This document shows, in pieces, positions 1 to 13,600 of a DNA stretch of 64,000 nucleotides. Where the stretch lies: contig OZ024742.1 in the NCBI GenBank assembly GCA_964016885.1, positions 204,414,001 to 204,478,000 on the forward strand, given 5' to 3'. The stretch comes from Eledone cirrhosa (lineage: Eukaryota). The position numbers and the translations under genes were made by a program. The notes beneath the pieces were generated by a model. It was not told the DNA's origin. It was given only the letters and a program-made list of their open reading frames with translations, and did no database searches. The stretch's first letter is position 1, and each line of letters opens with the position of its first letter.

Positions 1-3000
1 TACTGTCACTGACTGGTGTAATGACTGTTATGTATTGGTGTATTGTCTCTGGTGTAATGACTTATGTATTGGTGTACTGTCTCTGCTGTAATGACTGTTA
101 TGTATTTGTGTACTGTCACTGACTGGTGTAATGACTATTATGTATTGGTGTACTGTCTCTGGTGTAATGACTGTTATGTATTGATGTACTGTCACTGACT
201 GGTGTAATGACTGTTATGTATTGGTGTACTGTCACTGGTGTAATGACTGTTATGTATTGGTGTACTGTCTCTGGTGTAATTATTGTTATGTATTGGTGTA
301 CTGTCACTGACTGGTGTAATGACTGCTATGTATTGGTGTACTGTCACTGGTGTAATGACTGTTATGTATTGGTGTACTGTCACTGGTGTAATGACTGTTA
401 TGTATTGGTGTACTGTCTCTGGTGTAATGACTGTTATGTATTGGTGTACTGTCACTGGTGTAATGACTGTAATGTATCGGTGTACTGTCACTGGTGTAAT
501 GACTGTTATGTATTGGTGTACTGTCACTGGTGTAAATACTGTTATGTATTGGTGCACTGTCACTGGTGTAATGACTGTTATGTATTGGTGTACTGTCTCT
601 GCTGTAATGACTGTTATGTATTGGTGTACTGTCACTGACTGCTGTAATGACTGTTATGTATTGGTGTACTGTCACTGACTGCTGTAATGACTATTATGTA
701 TTGGTGTACTGTCACTAGTGTAATGACTGTTATATATTGGTGCACTGTCTCTGCCGTAATGACTGTTATGTATTGGTGTACTGTCACTGACTGATGTAAT
801 GACTGTTGTATATTGGTGTACTGTCACTGGTGTAATGACTGTTATGTATTGGTGTACTGTCACTGACTGGTGTAATGACTGTTATGTATTGGTGTACTGT
901 CACTGACTGGTGTAATTACTGTTATGTATTGGTGTACTGTCACTGGTGTAATGACTGTTATGTATTGGTGTACTGTCACTGACTGGTGTAATGACTTATG
1001 TATTGGTGTACTGTCACTGGTGTAATGACAGTTATGTATTGGTGTACTGTTACTGGTGTAATGACTGTTATGTATTGGTGTACTGTCACAGACCAGTTTA
1101 ATGACTGTTATGTATTGGTGTACTGTCACTGACTGGTGTAATGACTGTTATGTATTGGTGTACTGTCACTGACTACTTTAATGCCTGTTATGTATTGGTG
1201 TACTGTCACAGACTGGTGTAATGACTGTTATGTATTGGTGTACTGTCACTGAGTGGTGTAATGACTGTTATGTATTGGTGTACTGTCACTGGTGTAATGA
1301 CTGTTATGTATTGGTGTATTGTCTCTGGTGTAATGACTGTTATGTATTGGTGTACTGTCACTGACTGGTGTAATGACTGTTATGTATTGGTGTACTGTCT
1401 CTGACTGGTGTAATGACTGTTATGTATTGGTGTACTGTCACGGACTGGTGTAATGACTGTTATCAATTGGTGTACTGTCACTGGTGTAATGACTGTTATG
1501 TATTGGTGTACTGTCACTGACTGGTGTAATGACTGTTATGTATTGGTGTACTGTCACTGACTGGTGTAATGACTGTTATGTATTGGTGTACTGTCACTGA
1601 CTGGTGTAATGGCTGTTATGTATTGGTGTACTTTCACTGACTGGTGTAATGACTGTTATCTATTGGTGTACTGTCACTGACTGGTGTAATGACTGTTATG
1701 TATTGGTGTACTGTCAGTGACTGGTGTAATGACTGTTATGTATTGGTGTACTGTCACTGACTGGTGTAATGACTGTTATGTATTGGTGTATTGTCTCTGG
1801 TGTAATGACTGTTATGTATTGGTGTACTGTCTCTGCTGTAATGACTGTTATGTATTGGTGTACTGTCACTGGTGTACTGACTGGTGTAATGAATGTTATG
1901 TATTGGTTTACTGTCACTGGTGTAATGACTGTTATGTATTGGTGTACTGTCACTGGTGTAATGACTGTTATGTATTTGTGTACTGTCACTGGTGTAATGA
2001 CTGTTATGTATTGGTGTACTGTCTCTGGTGTAATGACTGTTATGTATTGGTGTACTGTCACTGGTGTAATGACTGTTATTTATTGGTGTACTGTCACTGA
2101 CTGGTGTAATGACTGTTATGTATTGGTGTACTGTCTCTGCTGTAATGACTGTTATGTATTGGTGTACTGTCACTGACTGGTGTAATGACTGTTACATATT
2201 GGTGTGTTGTCACTGGTGTAATGACTGTTATGTATTGGTGTACTGTCTCTGCTGTAATGACTGTTATGTATTGGTGTACTGTCTCTGACTGGTGTAATGA
2301 CTGTTATGTATTGGTGTACTGTCACTGAGTGGTGTAATGACTGTTATGTATTGGTGTACTGTCACTGGTGTAATGACTGTTATGTATTGGTGTACTGTCA
2401 CTGGTGTAATGACTGTTATGTATTGGTGTACTGTCACTGACTGGTGTAATGACTGTTATGTATTGGTGTACTGACACTGACTGGTGTAATGACTGTTATG
2501 TATTGGTGTACTATCACTGGAGTAATGACTGTTATGTATTGGTGTACTGTCACTGGTGTAATGACTGTTATGTATTGGTGTACTGTCACTGGTGTAATGA
2601 CTGTTATGTATTGGTGTACTGTCGCTGGTGTAATGACTGTTATGTATTGGTGTACTGTCACTGACTGGTGTAATGACTGTTATGTATTGGTGTACTGTCA
2701 CTGGTGTAATGACTGTTATGTATTGGTGTACTGTCAATGACTGGTGTAATGACTGTTATGTATAGGTGTATTGTCACTGACTGGTGTAATGACTGTTATG
2801 TATTGGTGTACTGTCACTGACTGGTGTAATGACTGTTATGTATAGGTGTACTGTCACTGACTGGTGTAATGACTGTTATGTATTGGCGTACTGTCACTGG
2901 TGTAATGACTGTTAGGTATTGGTGTACTGTCACTGGTGTAATGACTGTTATGTATAGGTGTACTGTCACTGACTGGTGTAATGACTGTTATGGATTGGTG

Positions 3001-6000
3001 TACTGTCACTGGTGTAATGACTGTTATGTATTGGTGTACTGTCTCTGACTGGTGTAATGACTGTTATGTATAGGTGTACTGTCACGGACTGGTGTAATGA
3101 CTGTTATGTATTGGTGTACTGTCACTGGTGTAATGACTGTTATGTATTGGTGTACTGTCATTGGTGTAATGACTGTTATGTATAGGTGTACTGTCACTGA
3201 CTGGTGTAATGACTGTTATGGATTGGTGTACTGTCACTGGTCTAATGACTGTTATGTATTGGTGTACTGTCACTGGTGTAATGACTGTTATGTATTGGTG
3301 TACTGTCACTGGCGTAATGACTGTTATGTATTGGTGTACTGTCACTGACTGGTGTAATGACTGTTATGTATAGGTGTACTGTCACTGACTAGTGTAATGA
3401 CTGTTATGTATTGGTGTACTGTCACTGACTGGTGTAATGACTGTTATGTATTGGGGTACTGTCACTGGTGTAATGACTGTTATGTATTGGTGTACTGTCA
3501 CTGACTGGTGTAATGACTGTTATGTATTGGTGTACTGTCACTGACTGGTGTAATGACTGTTATGTATTGGTGTACTGTCACTGACTGGTGTAATGACTGT
3601 TATGTATTGGTGTACTGTCACTGACAGGTGTAATGACTGTTATGTATTGGTGTACTGTCACTGGTTTAATGACTGTTATGTATTGGTGTACTGTCACTGA
3701 CTGGTGTAATGACTGTTATGTATTGGTGTACTGTCACTGACTGGTGTAATGACTGCTATGTATTGGTGTACTGTCACTGACTGGTGTAATGACTGTTATG
3801 TATTGGTGTACTGTCACTGACTGGTGTAATGACTGTTATGTATGGTGTATTGTCTCTGGTGTAATGACTTATGTATTGGTGTACTGTCTCTGCTGTAATG
3901 ACTGTTATGTATTTGTGTACTGTCACTGACTGGTCTAATGACTATTATGTATTGGTGTACTGTCTCTGGTGTAATGACTGTTATGTATTGATGTACTGTC
4001 ACTGACTGGTGTAATGACTGTTATGTATTGGTGTACTGTCACTGGTGTAATGACTGTTATGTATTGGTGTACTGTCTCTGGTGTAATTATTGTTATGTAT
4101 TGGTGTACTGTCACTGACTGGTGTAATGACTGCTATGTATTGGTGTACTGTCACTGGTGTAATGACTGTTATGTATTGGTGTACTGTCACTGGTGTAATG
4201 ACTGTTATGTATTGGTGTACTGTCTCTGGTGTAATGACTGTTATGTATTGGTGTACTGTCACTGGTGTAATGACTGTAATGTATCGGTGTACTGTCACTG
4301 GTGTAATGACTGTTATGTATTGGTGTACTGTCACTGGTGTAAATACTGTTATGTATTGGTGCACTGTCACTGGTGTAATGACTGTTATGTATTGGTGTAC
4401 TGTCTCTGCTGTAATGACTGTTATGTATTGGTGTACTGTCACTGACTGCTGTAATGACTGTTATGTATTGGTGTACTGTCACTGACTGCTGTAATGACTA
4501 TTATGTATTGGTGTACTGTCACTAGTGTAATGACTGTTATATATTGGTGTACTGTCTCTGCCGTAATGACTGTTATGTATTGGTGTACTGTCACTGACTG
4601 ATGTAATGACTGTTATATATTGGTGTACTGTCACTGGTGTAATGACTGTTATGTATTGGTGTACTGTCACTGACTGGTGTAATGACTGTTATGTATTGGT
4701 GTACTGTCACTGACTGGTGTAATTACTGTTATGTATTGGTGTACTGTCACTGGTGTAATGACTGTTATGTATTGGTGTACTGTCACTGGTGTAATGACTG
4801 TTATGTATTGGTGTACTGTCACTGGTGTAATGACTGTTATGTATTGGTGTACTGTCACTGACTGGTGTAATGACTGTTATGTATAGGTGTACTGTCACTG
4901 AGTAGTGTAATGACTGTTATGTATTGGTGTACTGTCACTGACTGGTGTAATGACTGTTATGTATTGGTGTACTGTCACTGGTGTAATGACTGTTATGTAT
5001 TGGTGTACTGTCACTGACTGGTGTAATGACTGTTATGTATTGGTGTACTGTCACTGACTGGTGTAATGACTGTTATGTATTGGTGTACTGTCACTGACTG
5101 GTGTAATGACTGTTATGTATTGGTGTACTGTCACTGACAGGTGTAATGACTGTTATGTATTGGTGTACTGTCACTGGTTTAATGACTGTTATGTATTGGT
5201 GTACTGTCACTGACTGGTGTAATGACTGTTATGTATTGGTGTACTGTCACTGACTGGTGTAATGACTGTTATGTATTGGTGTACTGTCACTGACTGGTGT
5301 AATGACTGTTATGTATTGGTGTACTGTCACTGACTGGTGTAATGACTGTTATGTATTGGTGTATTGTCTCTGGTGTAATGACTTATGTATTGGTGTACTG
5401 TCTCTGCTGTAATGACTGTTATGTATTTGTGTACTGTCACTGACTGGTCTAATGACTATTATGTATTGGTGTACTGTCTCTGGTGTAATGACTGTTATGT
5501 ATTGATGTACTGTCACTGACTGGTGTAATGACTGTTATGTATTGGTGTACTGTCACTGGTGTAATGACTGTTATGTATTGGTGTACTGTCTCTGGTGTAA
5601 TTATTGTTATGTATTGGTGTACTGTCACTGACTGGTGTAATGACTGCTATGTATTGGTGTACTGTCACTGGTGTAATGACTGTTATGTATTGGTGTACTG
5701 TCACTGGTGTAATGACTGTTATGTATTGGTGTACTGTCTCTGGTGTAATGACTGTTATGTATTGGTGTACTGTCACTGGTGTAATGACTGTAATGTATCG
5801 GTGTACTGTCACTGGTGTAATGACTGTTATGTATTGGTGTACTGTCACTGGTGTAAATACTGTTATGTATTGGTGCACTGTCACTGGTGTAATGACTGTT
5901 ATGTATTGGTGTACTGTCTCTGCTGTAATGATTGTTATGTATTGGTGTACTGTCACTGACTGCTGTAATGACTGTTATGTATTGGTGTACTGTCACTGAC

Positions 6001-7600
6001 TGCTGTAATGACTATTATGTATTGGTGTACTGTCACTAGTGTAATGACTGTTATATATTGGTGTACTGTCTCTGCCGTAATGACTGTTATGTATTGGTGT
6101 ACTGTCACTGACTGATGTAATGACTGTTATATATTGGTGGACTGTCACTGGTGTAATGACTGTTATGTATTGGTGTACTGTCACTGACTGGTGTAATGAC
6201 TGTTATGTATTGGTGTACTGTCACTGACTGGTGTAATTACTGTTATGTATTGGTGTACTGTCACTGGTGTAATGACTGTTATGTATTGGTGTACTGTCAC
6301 TGACTGGTGTAATGACTGTTATGTATTGGTGTACTGTCACTGGTGTAATGACAGTTATGTATTGGTGTACTGTTACTGGTGTAATGACTGTTATGTATTG
6401 GTGTACTGTCACAGACCAGTTTAATGACTGTTATGTATTGGTGTACTGTCACTGACTGGTGTAATGACTGTTATGTATTGGTGTACTGTCACTGACTACT
6501 TTAATGCCTGTTATGTATTGGTGTACTGTCACAGACTGGTGTAATGACTGTTATGTATTGGTGTACTGTCACTGAGTGGTGTAATGACTGTTATGTATTG
6601 GTGTACTGTCACTGGTGTAATGACTGTTATGTATTGGTGTATTGTCTCTGGTGTAATGACTGTTATGTATTGGTGTACTGTCACTGACTGGTGTAATGAC
6701 TGTTATGTATTGGTGTACTGTCTCTGACTGGTGTAATGACTGTTATGTATTGGTGTACTGTCACGGACTGGTGTAATGACTGTTATCAATTGGTGTACTG
6801 TCACTGGTGTAATGACTGTTATGTATTGGTGTACTGTCACTGACTGGTGTAATGACTGTTATGTATTGGTGTACTGTCACTGACTGGTGTAATGACTGTT
6901 ATGTATTGGTGTACTGTCACTGACTGGTGTAATGACTGTTATGTATTGGTGTACTTTCACTGACTGGTGTAATGACTGTTATCTATTGGTGTACTGTCAC
7001 TGACTGGTGTAATGACTGTTATGTATTGGTGTACTGTCAGTGACTGGTGTAATGACTGTTATGTATTGGTGTACTGTCACTGACTGGTGTAATGACTGTT
7101 ATGTATTGGTGTATTGTCTCTGGTGTAATGACTGTTATGTATTGGTGTACTGTCTCTGCTGTAATGACTGTTATGTATCGGTGTACTGTCACTGGTGTAC
7201 TGACTGGTGTAATGACTGTTATGTATTGGTGTACTGTCACTGGTGTAATGACTGTTATGTATTGGTGTACTGTCACTGGTGTAATGACTGTTATGTATTT
7301 GTGTACTGTCACTGGTGTAATGACTGTTATGTATTGGTGTACTGTCTCTGGTGTAATGACTGTTATGTATTGGTGTACTGTCACTGGTGTAATGACTGTT
7401 ATTTATTGGTGTACTGTCACTGACTGGTGTAATGACTGTTATGTATTGGTGTACTGTCTCTGCTGTAATGACTGTTATGTATTGGTGTACTGTCACTGAC
7501 TGGTGTAATGACTGTTACATATTGGTGTGTTGTCACTGGTGTAATGACTGTTATGTATTGGTGTACTGTCTCTGCTGTAATGACTGTTATGTTTTGGTGT
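1..7600 (+). repeat. Higher-order duplication: ~1-2270 recurs at ~5320-7590 (offset 5321/5323 bp)
   Basis: Variant-bearing ORFs match (192..635 vs 5513..5956; 1714..2061 vs 7037..7384). Shared rare variants include GTAAATACT, CTGCCGTAAT, GACTACTTTAATGCC, TTATCAATTGG and the 12-bp truncated monomer (1871 and 7194). Confidence 0.92.
3350..6300 (+). repeat. Tandem higher-order duplication, period 1513/1514 bp
   Basis: ORFs 3999..4442 and 5513..5956 are 1514 bp apart. The TATAGGTG variant at 3369/4882 and the GACAGG variant at 3623/5136 are 1513 bp apart. Confidence 0.9.
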
Positions 7601-10600
7601 ACTTTTACTGACTGGTGTAATGACTGTTATATATTGGTGTACTGTCTCTGACTGGTTTAATGACTGTTATGTATTGGTGTACTGTCACTGACTAGTGTAA
7701 TGACTGTTATGTATTGGTGTACTGTCTCTGACTGGTGTAATGACTGTTATGTATTGGTGTACTGTCACTGAGTGGTGTAATGACTGTTATGTATTGGTGT
7801 ACTGTCACTGGTGTAATGACTGTTATGTATTGGTGTACTGTCACTGGTGTAATGACTGTTATGTATTGGTGTACTGTCACTGACTGGTGTAATGACTGTT
7901 ATGTATTGGTGTACTGTCACTGGTGTAATGTCAGTTATGTATTGGTGTACTGTCTCTGGTGCAATGACTGTTATGTATTCGTGTACTGTCACTGGTGTAA
8001 TGACTGTTATTTATTGCTGTACTGTCACAGACTGGTGTAATGACTGTTATGTATTGGTGTACTGTCTCTGGTGTAATGACTGTTATGTATTGGTACTGTC
8101 TCTGGTGTAATGACTGTAATGTATTGGTGTACTGACACTGGTGTAATGACTGCTATGCATTGGTGTACTGTATCTGGTGTAATGGCTGTTATGTATTGGT
8201 GTACTGTCTCTGCTGTAATGACTGTTATGTATTGGTGTACTGTCACTGACTGGTGTAATGACTGTTATGTATTGGTGTACTGTCTCTGACTGGTGTAATG
8301 ACTGTTATGTATTGGTGTACTGTCACTGACTGGTGTAATGACTGTTATGTATTGGTGTACTGTCTCTGACTGGTGTAATGACTGTTATGTATTGGTATAC
8401 TGTCACTGACTGGTGTAATTACTGTTATGTATTGGTGTACTGTCACTGGTGTAATGACTGTTATGTATTGGTGTATTGTCTCTGGTGTAATGACTGTTAT
8501 GTATTGGTGTACTGTCTCTGCTGTAATGACTGTTATGTATTGGTGTACTGTCTCTGGTGTAATGACTGTTATGTATTTTTGTACTGTCACTGACTGGTGT
8601 AATGACTGTTATGTATTGGTGTACTGTCTCCGACTGGTGTAATGAATGTTATGTATTGGTGTACTGTCACTGACTGGTGTAATGACTGTTATGTATTGGT
8701 GTACTGTCACTGACTGGTGTAATGACTGTTATGTATTGGTGTACTGTCACTGACTGGTGTAATGTCTGTTATGTATTGGTGTACTGTCACTGGTGTAATG
8801 ACAGTTATGTATTGGTGTACTGTCACAGACTAGTTTAATGACTGTTATGTATTGGTGTACTGTCACTGACAGGTGTAATGACTGTTATGTATTGGTGTAC
8901 TGTCACTGGTCTAATGACTGTTATGTATTGGTGTACTGTCACTGACTGGTGTAATGACTGTTATGTATTGGTGTACTGTCACTGGTGTAATGACAGTTAT
9001 GTATTGGTGTACTGTCACAGACTAGTTTAATGACTATTATGTATTAGTGTACTGTCACTGGTGTAATGACAGTTATGTATTGGTGTACTGAAACAGACTA
9101 GTTTAATGACTGTTATGTATTGGTGTACTGTCACTGACTGGTGTAATGACTGTTATGTATTGGTGTACTGTCACTGACTAGTTTAATGACTGTTATGTAT
9201 TGGTGTACTGTCACTGACTGGTGTAATGACTGTTATGTATTGGTGTACTGTCACTGGTGTAATGACTGTTATGTATTGGTGTACTGTCACTGGTGTAATG
9301 ACTGTTATGTATTGGTGTACTGTCACTGACTGGTGTAATGACTGTTATGTATTGGTGTACTGTCACTGGTGTAATGTCAGTTATGTATTGGTGTACTGTC
9401 TCTGGTGTAATGACTGTTATGTATTCGTGTACTGTCACTGGTGTAATGACTGTTATGTATTGCTGTACTGTCACAGACTGGTGTAATGACTGTTATGTAT
9501 TGGTGTACTGTCTCTGGTGTAATGACTGTTATGTATTGGTACTGTCTCTGGTGTAATAACTGTAATGTATTGGTGTACTGACACTGGTGTAATGACTGCT
9601 ATGTATTGGTGTACTGTATCTGGTGTAATGGCTGTTATGTATTGGTGTACTGTCTCTGCTGTAATGACTGTTATGTATTGGTGTACTGTCACTGACTGGT
9701 GTAATGACTGTTATGTATTGGTGTACTGTCTCTGACTGGTGTAATGACTGTTATGTATTGGTGTACTGTCACTGACTGGTGTAATGACTGTTATGTATTG
9801 GTGTACTGTCTCTGACTGGTGTAATGACTGTTATGTATTGGTGTACTGTCACTGACTGGTGTAATTACTGTTATGTATTGGTTTACTGTCACTGGTGTAA
9901 TGACTGTTATGTATTGGTGTATTGTCTCTGGTGTAATGACTGTTATGTATTGGTGTACTGTCTCTGCTGTAATGACCGTTATGTATTGGTGTACTGTCTC
10001 TGGTGTAATGACTGTTATGTATTGGTGTACTGTCACTGACTGGTGTAATGACTGTTATGTATTGGTGTACTGTCTCCGACTGGTGTAATGAATGTTATTT
10101 ATTGGTGTACTGTCACTGACTGGTGTAATGACTGTTATGTATTGGTGTACTGTCACTGACTGGTGTAATGACTGTTATGTATTGGTGTACTGTCACTTAC
10201 TGGTGTAATGACTGTTATGTATTGGTGTACTGTCACTGACTGGTGTAATGACTGTTATGTATTGGTGTACTGTCACTGACTGGTGTAATGTCTGTTATGT
10301 ATTGGTGTACTGTCACTGGTGTAATGACAGTTATGTATTGGTGTACTGTCTCAGACTAGTTTAATGACTGTTATGTATTGGTGTACTGTCACTGACAGGT
10401 GTAATGACTATTATGTATTGGTGTACTGTCACTGGTGTAATGACTGTTATGCATTGGTGTACTGTCACTGACTGGTGTAATGACTGTTATGTATTGGTGT
10501 ACTGTCACTGGTGTAATGACAGTTGTGTATTGGTGTACTGTCACAGACTAGTTTAATGACTATTATGTATTGGTGTACAGTCACTCGTGTAATGACAGTT

Positions 10601-13600
10601 ATGTATTGGTGTACTGAAACAGACTAGTTTAATGATTGTTATGTATTGGTGTACTGTCACTGACTGGTGTAATGACTGTTATGTATTGGTGTACTGTCAC
10701 TGACTAGTTTAATGACTGTTATGTATTGGTACTGTCTCTCGTGTAATGACTGTAATGTATTGGTGTACTGACACTGGTGTAATGACTGCTATGTATTGGT
10801 GTACTGTATCTGGTGTAATGGCTGTTATGTATTGGTGTACTGTCTCTGCTGTAATGACTGTTATGTATTGGTGTACTGTCACTGACTGGTGTAATGACTG
10901 TTATGTATTGGTGTACTGTCTCTGACTGGTGTAATGACTGTTATGTATTGGTGTACTGTCACTGACTGGTGTAATGACTGTTATGTATTGGTGTACTGTC
11001 TCTGACTGGTGTAATGACTGTTATGTATTGGTGTATTGTCTTTGGTGTAATGACTGTTATGTATTGGTGTACTGTCTCTGACTGGTGTAATGACTGTTAT
11101 GTATTGGTGTACTGTCACTGACTGGTGTAATGACTGTTATGTATTGGTGTACTGTCTCTGGTGTAATGACTGTTATGTATTGGTGTACCGTCACTGACTG
11201 GTTTAATGACTGTTATGTATTGGTGTACTCTCTCTGGTGTAATGACTGTTATGTATTGGTGTACTGTCACTGACTGGTGTAATGACTGTTATGTATTGGT
11301 GTACTGTCTCCGACTGGTGTAATGAATGTTATGTATTGGTGTACTGTCACTGACTGGTGTAATGACTGTTATGTATTGGTGTACTGTCACTGACTGGTGT
11401 AATGACTGTTATGTATTGGTGTACTGTCTCTGGTGTAATGACTGTTATGTATTGGTGTACCGTCACTGACTGGTTTAATGACTGTTATGTATTGGTGTAC
11501 TGTCACTGACTGGTGTAAAGACTGTTATGTATTGGTGTATTGTCTCTGGTGTAATGACTGTTATGTATTGGTGTACTGTCTCTGCTGTAATGACTGTTAT
11601 GTATTGGTGTACTGTCTCTGGTGTAATGACTGTTATGTATTGGTGTACTGTCACTGACTGGTGTAATGACAGTTATGTATTGGTGTACTTTCACTGACTG
11701 GTGTAATGACTGTTATGTATTAGTGTACTGTCACTGACTGGTGTAATGACTGTTATGTATTGGTGTACTGTCACTGACTGGTGTAATGACTGTTATGTAT
11801 TGGTGTACTGTCACTGACTGGTGTAACGACTGTTATGTATTGGTGTATTGTCTCTGGTGTAATGACTGTTATGTATTGGTGTACTGTCTCTGCTGTAATG
11901 ACTGTTATGTATTGGTGTACTGTCACTGGTGTACTGACTGGTGTAATAACTGTTATGGATTGGTGTACTGTCACTGGTGTAATGACTGTTATGTATTGGT
12001 GTACTGTCACTGGTGTAATGACTGTTATGCATTTGTGTACTGTCAGTGGTGTAATGACTGTTATGTATTGGTGTACTGTCTCTGGTGTAATGACTGTTAT
12101 GTATTGGTGTACTGTCACTGGTGTAATGACTGTTATTTATTGGTGTACTGTCACTGACTGGTGTAATGACTGTTATGTATTGGTGTACTGTCTCTGCTGT
12201 AATGACTGTTATGTATTGGTGTACTGTCACTGACTGGTGTAATGACTGTTATATATTGGTGTGTTGTCACTGGTGTAATGACTGTTATGTATTGGTGTAC
12301 TGTCTCTGCTGTAATGACTGTTATGTATTGGTGTACTGTCTCTGGTGTAATGACTGTTATGTATTGGTGTACTGTCACTGACTGGTGTAATGACTGTTAT
12401 ATATTGGTGTACTGTCTCTGACTGGTTTAATGACTGTTATGTATTGGTGTACTGTCACTGACTAGTGTAGTGACTGTTATGTATTGGTGTACTGTCTCTG
12501 ACTGGTGTAATGACTGTTATGTATTGGTGTACTGTCACTGAGTGGTGTAATGACTGTTATGTATTGGTGTACTGTCACTGGTGTAATGACTGTTATGTAT
12601 TGGTGTACTGTCACTGGTGTAATGACTGTTATGTATTGGTGTACTGTCACTGACTGGTGTAATGACTGTTATGTATTGGTGTACTGTCACTGGTGTAATG
12701 TCAGTTATGTATTGGTGTACTGTCTCTGGTGTAATGACTGTTATGTATTCGTGTACTGTCACTGGTGTAATGACTGTTATGTATTGCTGTACTGTCACAG
12801 ACTGGTGTAATGACTGTTATGTATTGGTGTACTGTCTCTGGTGTAATGACTGTTATGTATTGGTACTGTCTCTGGTGTAATGACTGTAATGTATTGGTGT
12901 ACTGACACTGGTGTAATGACTGCTATGCATTGGTATACTGTATCTGGTGTAATAGCGGTTATGTATTGGTGTACTGTCTCTCCTGTAATGACTGTTATGT
13001 ATTGGTGTACTGTCACTGACTGGTGTAATGACTGTTATGTATTGGTGTACTGTCTCTGACTGGTGTAATGACTGTTATGTATTGGTGTACTGTCACTGAC
13101 TGGTGTAATGACTGTTATGTATTGGTGTACTGTCTCTGACTGGTGTAATGACTGTTATGTATTGGTGTACTGTCACTGACTGGTGTAATTACTGTTATGT
13201 ATTGGTGTACTGTCACTGGTGTAATGACTGTTATGTATTGGTGTATTGTCTCTGGTGTAATGACTGTTATGTATTGGTGTACTGTCTCTGCTGTAATGAC
13301 TGTTATGTATTGGTGTACTGTCTCTGGTGTAATGACTGTTATGTATTGGTGTACTGTCACTGACTGGTGTAATGACTGTTATGTATTGGTGTACTGTCTC
13401 CGACTGGTGTAATGAATGTTATGTATTGGTGTACTGTCACTGACTGGTGTAATGACTGTTATGTATTGGTGTACTGTCACTGACTGGTGTAATGACTGTT
13501 ATGTATTGGTGTACTGTCACTGACTGGTGTAATGACTGTTATGTATTGGTGTACTGTCACTGACTGGTGTAATGACTGTTATGTATTGGTGTACTGTCAC

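Noticed and set aside
207-638. CxxC...CH pattern suggesting a zinc-finger, metallothionein or heme-binding repeat protein
   Set aside because: It is an incidental translation of TGT/TGG-rich satellite. The spacing fits neither C2H2 nor CxxCH motifs, and the frame is repeatedly broken.
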